From Alphaproteobacteria bacterium (GTDB lineage: Bacteria; Pseudomonadota; Alphaproteobacteria; Paracaedibacterales; CAITNM01), in assembly GCA_037138055.1 (NCBI GenBank), contig JBAXJB010000002.1, forward strand, positions 4,968 to 68,967: 64,000 nucleotides of DNA. Reading direction: 5' to 3'. Both the position numbers and the translations under genes were made by a program. Position 1 is the first letter of the stretch; the number at the start of each line of letters is the position of its first letter. Below are positions 47,300 to 54,611 of this stretch, piece by piece. The notes below the pieces were generated by a model. That model saw only the letters and a program-made list of their open reading frames with translations. It was not told the origin of the DNA and did not search any database.

Positions 47300-48337
47300 A
47301 TGTCTGTAGCTGATTTAAGCCTACGATCTTTAGAAATTTTTCGCGAACTTGTTGATACATATGTAGAAACGGGTGAACCTGTTGGTTCTAGAACTTTATC
47401 ACGTCGCATAAAGACCTCATTATCTCCTGCTACCATTCGCAATGTAATGGCAGATTTAGAAGAAGCCGGTCTATTATACGCTCCGCACACATCAGCAGGA
47501 CGCCTTCCCACCGCCGAAGGCTTAAAGCTTTTTGTGCACGGTGTTTTAGAAGTTGGCGATATATCAGAATCAGATCGCTTGAGAATTGAAGACCATTGCA
47601 AAACAGCTGGTAAAAGTGTTGAAGATATTTTGCAACAAGCAACGGGCATGCTTTCGGGGCTGTCAAAATGCGCAGGTCTTGTCATGGCGCCAAAATCTCA
47701 GGCAGCCCTTCGACATATTGAATTTGTACATTTAGGTAATCAACGTTCATTAGTTGTGTTGATAAGCCAAGATGGAATGGTTGAAAACCGCCTAATCGAA
47801 CTGCCTGACGGTATTACCCCATCTATGTTAAATCAGGCATCTAATTACATTAATGCTCATTTCTACGGAGCAACCTTACAAGAAATTTTTCAACGCATTC
47901 ATTCCCAAATGAATCAGAATAAGAATGAACTAGACCAACTTACGCAGCGCGTAATTGAAGCAGGAATTGGTGTATGGAGCGGCGATAAAGATAATGGCTC
48001 TCTTATCATCAAAGGCCAAAACAACTTATTGCAAAACGTTCAAGAAATGAACGACCTGGAAAAAATTCGTGGACTTTTTGATGTAATGGATACCCAAGAA
48101 AGTTTGCATAAGCTGCTAAATGCATCAATTGATGCGGAAGGCGTGCAAATTTTTATAGGCGCTGAGAATAATTTGTTTTCTCTGTCAGGCTGCTCCATGG
48201 TAGTATCGCCCTATACAAATGCTCAACGCCAAGTCGTTGGTGCCATTGGTGTGGTTGGACCAGCCAGAATGAATTACGGAAAAATCATTCCCCTGGTAGA
48301 CTACACAGCAAAATTAGTTAGTCGATTATTAAGTTAA
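47300..48337 (+). CDS. hrcA: Heat-inducible transcription repressor HrcA
   Basis: N-terminal wHTH (LRSLEIFRELVDTYVETGEPVGSRTLS, SPATIRNVMADLEEAGLL). 345 aa. Directly followed by grpE. Confidence 0.9.
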   Translation: MSVADLSLRSLEIFRELVDTYVETGEPVGSRTLSRRIKTSLSPATIRNVMADLEEAGLLYAPHTSAGRLPTAEGLKLFVHGVLEVGDISESDRLRIEDHCKTAGKSVEDILQQATGMLSGLSKCAGLVMAPKSQAALRHIEFVHLGNQRSLVVLISQDGMVENRLIELPDGITPSMLNQASNYINAHFYGATLQEIFQRIHSQMNQNKNELDQLTQRVIEAGIGVWSGDKDNGSLIIKGQNNLLQNVQEMNDLEKIRGLFDVMDTQESLHKLLNASIDAEGVQIFIGAENNLFSLSGCSMVVSPYTNAQRQVVGAIGVVGPARMNYGKIIPLVDYTAKLVSRLLS

Positions 48338-48345
48338 GGTGAAAT

Positions 48346-48879
48346 ATGGATACACAGGACGTGCAAACCCAAGAAGAAATGACTGAACCAGTAACTACAG
48401 AAACTGAAGTGCTGACCGAGAACGAAAGCGCAATTCTGGAATTAAAAGACCAGCTGCTTCGTGCATTAGCTGAAAATGAGAATACACGCAAACGTGGTCA
48501 AAAAGATAAGGAAGATGCCCTGAAATTTGGCGTTTCCAACATGGCGCGTGATATGATTGGCGTAGCTGATAATCTTCGTCGTGCTTTGGAAAACAAATCT
48601 GAAAATCCAGCGGACCTAGCTGAAGCTTTATTTTCAGGGGTTGATCTTATTTTAAAAGACTTAGAAGGCATTCTTGGTCGACATGGCGTTCAACGTATTG
48701 ATGCTACTGGTCAACAATTTGATCCTCATTTTCACCAAGCTGTGTTTGAACTTGAAACAGATGAGCATACTCCAGGTACAGTTGTGCAAGTCATGCAAGA
48801 TGGTTACAAAATTCATGACCGCCTTCTAAGACCCGCTATGGTATCGGTTGCAAAGGCTAAACAACAAGGCGTAGCATAA
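48346..48879 (+). CDS. grpE: Nucleotide exchange factor GrpE
   Basis: LKDQLLRALAENENTRKR, FDPHFHQAV, and C-terminal GYKIHDRLLRPAMVSV. Confidence 0.9.
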   Translation: MDTQDVQTQEEMTEPVTTETEVLTENESAILELKDQLLRALAENENTRKRGQKDKEDALKFGVSNMARDMIGVADNLRRALENKSENPADLAEALFSGVDLILKDLEGILGRHGVQRIDATGQQFDPHFHQAVFELETDEHTPGTVVQVMQDGYKIHDRLLRPAMVSVAKAKQQGVA

Positions 48880-48885
48880 TTTTTC

Positions 48886-50226
48886 ATGGCTGAAGGCAGT
48901 TTACAAGCACCAATTCGTCACATTATTGATTGGGAAAGTGATGCCTTCTACGACGAATCAGCGCTCGACAAAGAATTACGTCGTGTTTTTGATATTTGCC
49001 ATGGGTGCCGCCGGTGCTTTAACTTATGCGATAGCTTCCCCACCCTTTTTGACCTAATAGATGCAACGCCTTTGGGTGAGTGCGATGAAGTCAAAAGCGA
49101 AGACTTTGCGCAAGTGGCTGATGCATGCACCCTTTGTGATTTGTGCTTTGTGAACAAATGCCCCTATGTTCCCCCGCACCAGTTTGACGTTGATTTTCCA
49201 CACCTGATGTTGCGCTACCGTGCAACCCAAGCTAAAACTCAGGGCATTAGTTTTGTTGATAAACAAATCAGTAAAACTGACCAAGTAGGTCCAATTTCCG
49301 TAAAAATGGCGCCAGTCGTTAACTGGGCAACTGCAACTTCAAACAAGCCCGTACGCAAAGCTTTAGAGGTGGTCACTGGTATTGATGCAAAAGCAAATTT
49401 ACCGACTTATGCCAATAAAACTTTATGCCAACAGGTTGAGCAAACCCCCTGCCCTGTTAATGTTTACGGCCCTGCTTACGGCCAAAAAGCTGTTTTGTTT
49501 GCCACGTGTTTCGGGAACTATAATAATCCAGCCATTGGCCTTGCGGCCCGAAAAGTATTGGCACACCAAGGTGTTGATGTTGAGGTTGTCTACCCAGGCT
49601 GTTGCGGCATGCCTTTATTAGAAAAGGGTGATTTACAAGCGGTTGCTGATCAAGCTGTAAAAATAAGCAATGCCCTTGCCCCTTATATTGAAAAAAATAT
49701 TCCAATCATTTCAATTATTCCATCGTGCAGTTTAATGCTGAAATCAGAATGGCCCTTGCTACTGCCTAAAAATGAGCAGGTGCAACGTTTAAGTAAGCAA
49801 GTTATGGATATTAGCGAATTCGTTATTCATTTGCACAAAAAGCATACTTTAACTCAAGGCTTGGAATCTCTAGAAAACAAAGCGGTAACGCTGCACCTTG
49901 CTTGCCATAGTCGTGCTCAAAACATTGGTGCAAAAGCCGCAGAAATGTTACGTCTTATTCCAAATTTGACTGTTCAAATTATTGAGAGGTGTTCAGGTCA
50001 TGGCGGGACATGGGGAATGATGAAAGCCCATTTCGAAATAGCACTGAAGGTTGGAAAACCAGCAGCTAAGCAGGCATTAACTTACGACAACCCACTAGTA
50101 CTTTCCGAATGTCCTTTGGCAGCCAAACATATTTTGCAGGGCATGAATTTGCAAACAAATGCAAGTCAAAGTGCCTATTCTACTATGCACCCAATTGAAT
50201 TACTGGCTAAAAGTTACGATTTTTAG
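48886..50226 (+). CDS. (Fe-S)-binding oxidoreductase subunit, GlpC/HdrD-like with CCG domains
   Basis: Two ferredoxin-like Cys clusters (CHGCRRCFNLC, CTLCDLCFVNKCP) and two CCG-type repeats (PGCCGMP, ERCSGHGG). Confidence 0.7.
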   Translation: MAEGSLQAPIRHIIDWESDAFYDESALDKELRRVFDICHGCRRCFNLCDSFPTLFDLIDATPLGECDEVKSEDFAQVADACTLCDLCFVNKCPYVPPHQFDVDFPHLMLRYRATQAKTQGISFVDKQISKTDQVGPISVKMAPVVNWATATSNKPVRKALEVVTGIDAKANLPTYANKTLCQQVEQTPCPVNVYGPAYGQKAVLFATCFGNYNNPAIGLAARKVLAHQGVDVEVVYPGCCGMPLLEKGDLQAVADQAVKISNALAPYIEKNIPIISIIPSCSLMLKSEWPLLLPKNEQVQRLSKQVMDISEFVIHLHKKHTLTQGLESLENKAVTLHLACHSRAQNIGAKAAEMLRLIPNLTVQIIERCSGHGGTWGMMKAHFEIALKVGKPAAKQALTYDNPLVLSECPLAAKHILQGMNLQTNASQSAYSTMHPIELLAKSYDF

Positions 50227-50299
50227 ATTTGAAATATATATATTGTAATATTATTTATTAGCTGCTATATGAGTAATATTACTTCAAATTAGATTTATT

Positions 50300-51529
50300 A
50301 TGAATTTTAAAAACTACCTTTTTCTAGTTTTTTGCTTTTTTAAATTAGAATGTGCCGCAACTTCTTCTGATGAAGCTCCAATGACTCTTCAAGAATTAGA
50401 GTATACCAAGGTCTTTTTATTTAAAAAACTCCCTCCCGCTGCACAACAAGAAGTCGATGATATTTGCTCTGAATGTGTGCGTGTTTTCGAAGGAATCAAA
50501 AATAGTGTTGCACTGCAAGATTTACATGATTCACTAGGGTGGCTTGGGATAAGGTTATCTAACATAATGGAGAATGACCCCACTTTCAACGATCTAATTG
50601 CTCGTTTTAAAAAACCAGTTAGAAATGGAAATGATTTATTTGAATTATTAAAGGCTACTTTAATTAAATCAAATCCTAATGCATCTGGAATTAGGATTGG
50701 ACACCCGAATAGCACTGGAGATGTGGATTTAACACTTAGCTATGCAAGAGATACTATTAACGAAATCATCCCTGACTATGTATATAGGTTTTTAAAAAGC
50801 AATGAAGGAGATTGGGATTTGGAAATGACGCTTGATATACAGATTAACTTTGCTAGAAATAAATTAGCAAGCGCCCAAAAATCCAAGAAAAAAGCAAGAA
50901 TGGGTAAAGTAGAAATGGCAGTGAAAGGCCCGGTTGCAAGTGACGTAGTGTGCGAAAGCTTAGCTTTCTCAGCTAGTGTTTCCGCTTCAAGCGAAAGCTT
51001 GGTGTGCGAACGACCAGTGTGTTCAAGTGCTTCTATTGTGGGTGGGGGAGAAGAAAAGACAGTCGCAGAAGAAACTGACAACGCCTATTCTTTATCTGCC
51101 CTAAAATCTATAGAAGGTGCAGAAACCCCAGAAACTATGATCTCTGATTCTGAAGAAATGACTGTTACCATCACCTTATCGCCTTATCACGAACAGCTTC
51201 GTGCTCTGCAAAAAACATCATTTTTCTCGAACTGGCTTAATAAAAGTGATGTCGCATCAATTAGTGCAATATTTAATACAGCTGGTGAATTAGTAGCATC
51301 TAGGGACGTTGCTGGTCTTCTTGAAAGATTAGTAAAAAAGCAGAAAGATCAAGGAATGAAAGCCCAGTACAGACAAAAAGGTAGTCATGCCCTTGCGGTA
51401 TTGACGTCCTCTTCCGGTGAAAAAATTATATTTCCTTTTGCAAATCATTCAGGATCTGATTTAGATAGAAATTCTCGTGATCTTGTAAAATCTGGATTTG
51501 AAAAACTATTTTGCCTTTCTCGGTCTTAG
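50300..51529 (+). CDS. Secreted ORFan with a HicA-like C-terminal domain
   Basis: 409 aa with a signal peptide (LFLVFCFFKLECA). The last 76 aa (51299-51526) resemble HicA: LLERL...RQKGSHALAV...IIFPFANHSGSDLDRNSRDLVKSGFEKL. Confidence 0.5.
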   Translation: MNFKNYLFLVFCFFKLECAATSSDEAPMTLQELEYTKVFLFKKLPPAAQQEVDDICSECVRVFEGIKNSVALQDLHDSLGWLGIRLSNIMENDPTFNDLIARFKKPVRNGNDLFELLKATLIKSNPNASGIRIGHPNSTGDVDLTLSYARDTINEIIPDYVYRFLKSNEGDWDLEMTLDIQINFARNKLASAQKSKKKARMGKVEMAVKGPVASDVVCESLAFSASVSASSESLVCERPVCSSASIVGGGEEKTVAEETDNAYSLSALKSIEGAETPETMISDSEEMTVTITLSPYHEQLRALQKTSFFSNWLNKSDVASISAIFNTAGELVASRDVAGLLERLVKKQKDQGMKAQYRQKGSHALAVLTSSSGEKIIFPFANHSGSDLDRNSRDLVKSGFEKLFCLSRS

Positions 51530-51568
51530 TCTTGAATATTTTGTCAATTTTAAGTACCTTAACACAGT

Positions 51569-51645
51569 GCGTCCTTAGCTCAGCTGGATAGAGCGGCGGC
51601 CTTCTAAGCCGTAGGTCAGAGGTTCGAATCCTCTAGGACGCGCCA
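51569..51645 (+). tRNA. tRNA-Arg (anticodon TCT), CCA encoded
   Basis: Acceptor GCGTCCT/AGGACGC; anticodon stem GCGGC/GCCGT with loop CTTCTAA; T-loop GGTTCGAATCC. Confidence 0.95.
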
Positions 51646-51677
51646 ATTCTATGGTATCACCTTTGACAAGAGGCCTC

Positions 51678-52409
51678 ATGAAGACCCTGGTTGTAATCCC
51701 AGCCCGCTTAGAATCCACCCGCTTACCACAAAAAGCTTTGGCAGACATTTGCGGCAAACCGATGATTGAATGGGTTTTAAACCAAGCAAAACAAAGCGCT
51801 GTTGGTGACGTTGTTGTGGCAACCTGCGGACCTGAAATAGCTAACGTTGTTGAAAAAGCCGGTGGTCGTGCGATTATAACCGACCCTGCCCTGCCTTCTG
51901 GTACTGATAGAGTATGGGCAGCGTACGTTGCCATGGGTAAACCCGCTGTTGATGTAATTATTGGCCTGCAAGGTGATTTGCCACTATTAAACCCAAATTT
52001 GCTTCGAGAACTTTTAAAGCCTATCCAAAATTTGGATGTTGATATGGTAACTCTTGGGACTCCCATTACAGACTCTGAAGAAATCACAAATCCAAATGTG
52101 GTTAAAATTGTCATGGACCAACCCAAAAATAACATTGCCAGAGCAATCTATTTTTCACGTGCTGCAGTCCCTGTTAATGCTTTGGTTTACTACCACCACA
52201 TTGGTATTTACGCATATCGCCCTAAAGTACTAGAGGCTTACGTTAATTACCCCCCATGTTATTTAGAACAAACTGAACGCTTAGAACAGCTACGCTTTTT
52301 ACAACACGGCTTTCGCGTTGATGTGGCTGTGGTTGATTCAACACCTGTGTCTGTTGATACATTATCAGACCTACACCGAGTTCGTGCAGCTGCGCCCAAC
52401 CATCAATAA
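51678..52409 (+). CDS. kdsB: 3-deoxy-manno-octulosonate cytidylyltransferase (CMP-KDO synthetase)
   Basis: VVIPARLESTRLPQKAL, GTDRV, LQGDLPL, HIGIYAYR and EQLRFL blocks. Start set at the ATG after the tRNA (MKTLVVIP). Confidence 0.85.
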   Translation: MKTLVVIPARLESTRLPQKALADICGKPMIEWVLNQAKQSAVGDVVVATCGPEIANVVEKAGGRAIITDPALPSGTDRVWAAYVAMGKPAVDVIIGLQGDLPLLNPNLLRELLKPIQNLDVDMVTLGTPITDSEEITNPNVVKIVMDQPKNNIARAIYFSRAAVPVNALVYYHHIGIYAYRPKVLEAYVNYPPCYLEQTERLEQLRFLQHGFRVDVAVVDSTPVSVDTLSDLHRVRAAAPNHQ

Positions 52410-52420
52410 GGATTTATCTC

Positions 52421-52555
52421 ATGAAAAATACAATTGTTTTAGTGTTTACCCTGGCCTTAATTGGATTTGGTATATTTCTTGGGGTTGGCATTCGCACCAA
52501 GTCAAACATTATAGAAAAGCCAATCACCCTTTCTATGACGGAAAAACAATCATAG
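52421..52555 (+). CDS. Possible 44-aa single-TM micro-protein between kdsB and ccmC
   Basis: ATG-initiated ORF MKNTIVLVFTLALIGFGIFLGVGIRTKSNIIEKPITLSMTEKQS fills the gap exactly; its stop lies 2 nt before the ccmC ATG. Below the ORF-track cutoff, and has only a weak RBS (TAAGGA). Confidence 0.2.
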   Translation: MKNTIVLVFTLALIGFGIFLGVGIRTKSNIIEKPITLSMTEKQS

Positions 52556-52557
52556 AA

Positions 52558-53247
52558 ATGATTGCCCTAAATCCCTCTCAATTAAAACGCTTGTTTAACA
52601 CCATTAAACCAATATCATTGTGGTTTTTTTTAATTTCAGCGCCCATTGCCTTGTTTTATGCCCTATACATTTCACCACCAGATTATCTGCATGGTGACTT
52701 GGTCCGTATTTTGTACATCCATGTTCCAGCAGCTTGGCTTGCGGTTGGAATATATACAGTTATGGGGCTCTGTAGTTTTGCAAGCTTAGTACTTCGATCA
52801 TCCTTTTACAGTTTATGCGCCCAAAGCCTAGCATTGCCAGGATGCGTTTTGACAGTTATCTGCATGCTAACTGGCGCCATATGGGGTAAACCTGCTTGGG
52901 GCACGTGGTGGGTCTGGGATGCTAGGTTAACATCGGTTGTTGTGCTGTTTTTTCTTTATGTAGGCTATATCAACTTTTGCGATGGTGCTTTGAACAAGGC
53001 CGCAAGTGTTTTGAATGTTGTGGGGCTTATTAATGTTCCTATTATCAAATGGTCTGTTGATTGGTGGTTTACCCTGCACCAACCATCCTCCTTCTTTTTA
53101 ACGAAGAAACCAGCCATTGCTACTGAAATGCTTGTGCCATTACTGCTAATGACCGTTGTGTTTGCTAGTTGGGCCGCAGCGGTATTTACAAGACGGTTTT
53201 TTACAAACATGGAAGAATTCCAACGGAGGCATAGTGGAATTTTGTAA
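52558..53247 (+). CDS. ccmC: Cytochrome c maturation heme exporter protein CcmC
   Basis: Trp-rich signature GAIWGKPAWGTWWVWDARLTS and LYIHVPAAW. Start set at the internal ATG (MIALNPSQ). The upstream part of the track ORF overlaps kdsB and is not CcmC-like. Confidence 0.85.
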   Translation: MIALNPSQLKRLFNTIKPISLWFFLISAPIALFYALYISPPDYLHGDLVRILYIHVPAAWLAVGIYTVMGLCSFASLVLRSSFYSLCAQSLALPGCVLTVICMLTGAIWGKPAWGTWWVWDARLTSVVVLFFLYVGYINFCDGALNKAASVLNVVGLINVPIIKWSVDWWFTLHQPSSFFLTKKPAIATEMLVPLLLMTVVFASWAAAVFTRRFFTNMEEFQRRHSGIL

Positions 53248-53344
53248 TCCTTTTGTCGCACTTGCTTATGGGCTAACTTTTACCTTATTAGTGGGCATTC
53301 TCTATAGCTTGGGGTATCAGGCACATTGGTGCAAACTTTCCTAG
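53234..53344 (+). CDS. ccmD: Heme exporter protein CcmD, with its 3' end replaced by transposon sequence
   Basis: GTG follows GGAGG. The TM segment FVALAYGLTFTLLVGILYS is typical of CcmD. From codon 26 the frame runs into the left IR of the transposon, giving LGYQAHWCKLS-stop. The pre-insertion frame ends FCRTKEK-stop and overlaps the ccmE ATG. Confidence 0.5.
   Translation: MEFCNPFVALAYGLTFTLLVGILYSLGYQAHWCKLS
53306..53310. repeat. Target-site duplication, left copy (AGCTT)
   Basis: AGCTT lies immediately outside the left IR. An identical pentamer lies immediately outside the right IR. Confidence 0.85.
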
Positions 53345-53348
53345 TTGG
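53311..53348 (+). repeat. Left terminal inverted repeat (IR-L)
   Basis: GGGGTATCAGGCACATTGGTGCAAACTTTCCTAGTTGG matches the reverse complement of 58602-58639. Confidence 0.85.
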
Positions 53349-53514
53349 TATTGTACGTATAATTCAGGTTTTTAGTCTTCCTGCAGAACTCCTTGTAAAT
53401 CTAGGTTTTTAGAGGTTAGTAATCTTATTTAAGCAGTCTATTTCATTTCAGCTAAATTTTCCAAACTTATCAAAACCTATCAATTTTTCTAATGTTTTCA
53501 TCTTGCTTTGGCAA

Positions 53515-53630
53515 ATTATACGTACATATATGACGTACAAATCATATTGTACGTACTACAAGCTGAGAATTATGTGTATTGTACGTATGAAATAGGTTGT
53601 GTAACATAGGGGGTAATTATACGCATAATA
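53515..53630 (+). promoter_or_regulatory. Candidate internal resolution site: five copies of an ATTrTrCGyAyAAT-like motif upstream of the recombinase gene
   Basis: Copies at 53515-53527, 53530-53542, 53546-53558, 53578-53590 and 53616-53629, in both orientations. All share a TACG core flanked by TGT/ACA-type arms. A sixth copy is at 53350-53363. Confidence 0.5.
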
Positions 53631-53684
53631 CAAACATGATTTTCTAACTGTTGATTTTGGTTGTTAGATGTAAAAGGTAATTTG

Positions 53685-54611
53685 ATGAATCAAAACAAAA
53701 ACTCGCTTACAGAATTTGAAAAAAGTCTTATCAGGCAAGATATGGCCGATCATACGATTCAAGGTTACCTTTATGATCTGCATACATTTAAAGTTTGGGT
53801 GAAAGATTTTTACCAAACAGAAATTGATTTATCTCAGGTTACATCAAGCGATATACGAGCTTATAGAGACTATCTCATTAAAATCAAACGCTATAAAGTT
53901 GCCTCAACTAACCGTAGCATCCAAGCTATTAAACGATTTTATGCATGGCTTTCGCTATCAACAAATAGCAAGGAAGAACACGCGGCTAAAAATATCCGAT
54001 TTATGCGTAGAAATAAACAAACAAAGCCAACTGTTTTAACAAATAAAGAAGTAAATGACCTCTTGCGTGTAGCAGGGAAGTCGCCTCATGGTCTTGCAAA
54101 GCGTAATTACGCTCTTGTTCAATTGTTTTTGCAATCAGGAATACGTGTTGGGGAAGTTGTTCAATTACAAATACGTGATTTGTTGATTCAAGAGAGATCT
54201 GGCCATCTAAAAGTTGTTGATGGTAAAGGTCATAAATCCCGTGTTATACCCTTAAATGCAGCTGTTCGTCGCGCGTTAAATAGTTATTTGAATACACGAG
54301 ATAACCTTAAGCCAGAAGATCATTTGATTTTTAGTAAACGCGGGAGCCCTCAAACAATCCGTGGACTTCAGAAAATAATACAAGCACTCGTACAACGTGC
54401 CAATATAACGCGTATTGCTGCTTCTGCACACACGCTGAGGCATACATTTGCTATGAATTATTTAAAAGCTAACCCTTCTGCTCTAGTTGCACTTTCTACC
54501 CTTTTAGGGCATGACTCTCTTGATACAACCGCCATCTATACTCAATCTTCTATGGAGGATTTAAGTGATTCTATAGAGCGTAGTGACCTTAACTTTATGG
54601 AGGAAGAATGA
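53685..54611 (+). CDS. tnpI: Tyrosine site-specific recombinase (TnpI/XerC-like resolvase of the transposon)
   Basis: SAM-like N-domain (IQGYLYDLHTFKVW...DIRAYRDYL). Catalytic R (GIRVGEV), HTLRHTFA, and LLGHDSLDTTAIYTQ with the Tyr nucleophile. ATG at 53685; the track starts at a TTG at 53661. Confidence 0.8.
   Translation: MNQNKNSLTEFEKSLIRQDMADHTIQGYLYDLHTFKVWVKDFYQTEIDLSQVTSSDIRAYRDYLIKIKRYKVASTNRSIQAIKRFYAWLSLSTNSKEEHAAKNIRFMRRNKQTKPTVLTNKEVNDLLRVAGKSPHGLAKRNYALVQLFLQSGIRVGEVVQLQIRDLLIQERSGHLKVVDGKGHKSRVIPLNAAVRRALNSYLNTRDNLKPEDHLIFSKRGSPQTIRGLQKIIQALVQRANITRIAASAHTLRHTFAMNYLKANPSALVALSTLLGHDSLDTTAIYTQSSMEDLSDSIERSDLNFMEEE

Noticed and set aside
47290-47685. 131-aa minus-strand ORF
   Set aside because: It is antisense to the 5' part of hrcA, which has clear family motifs.
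51575-52135. 186-aa minus-strand ORF
   Set aside because: It is antisense to tRNA-Arg and to the well-supported kdsB gene, and has no recognisable motifs.
52318-52557. 80-codon N-terminal extension of the ccmC ORF
   Set aside because: It overlaps the kdsB 3' end by 92 nt and is not CcmC-like. The internal ATG at 52558 gives a normal-length CcmC.
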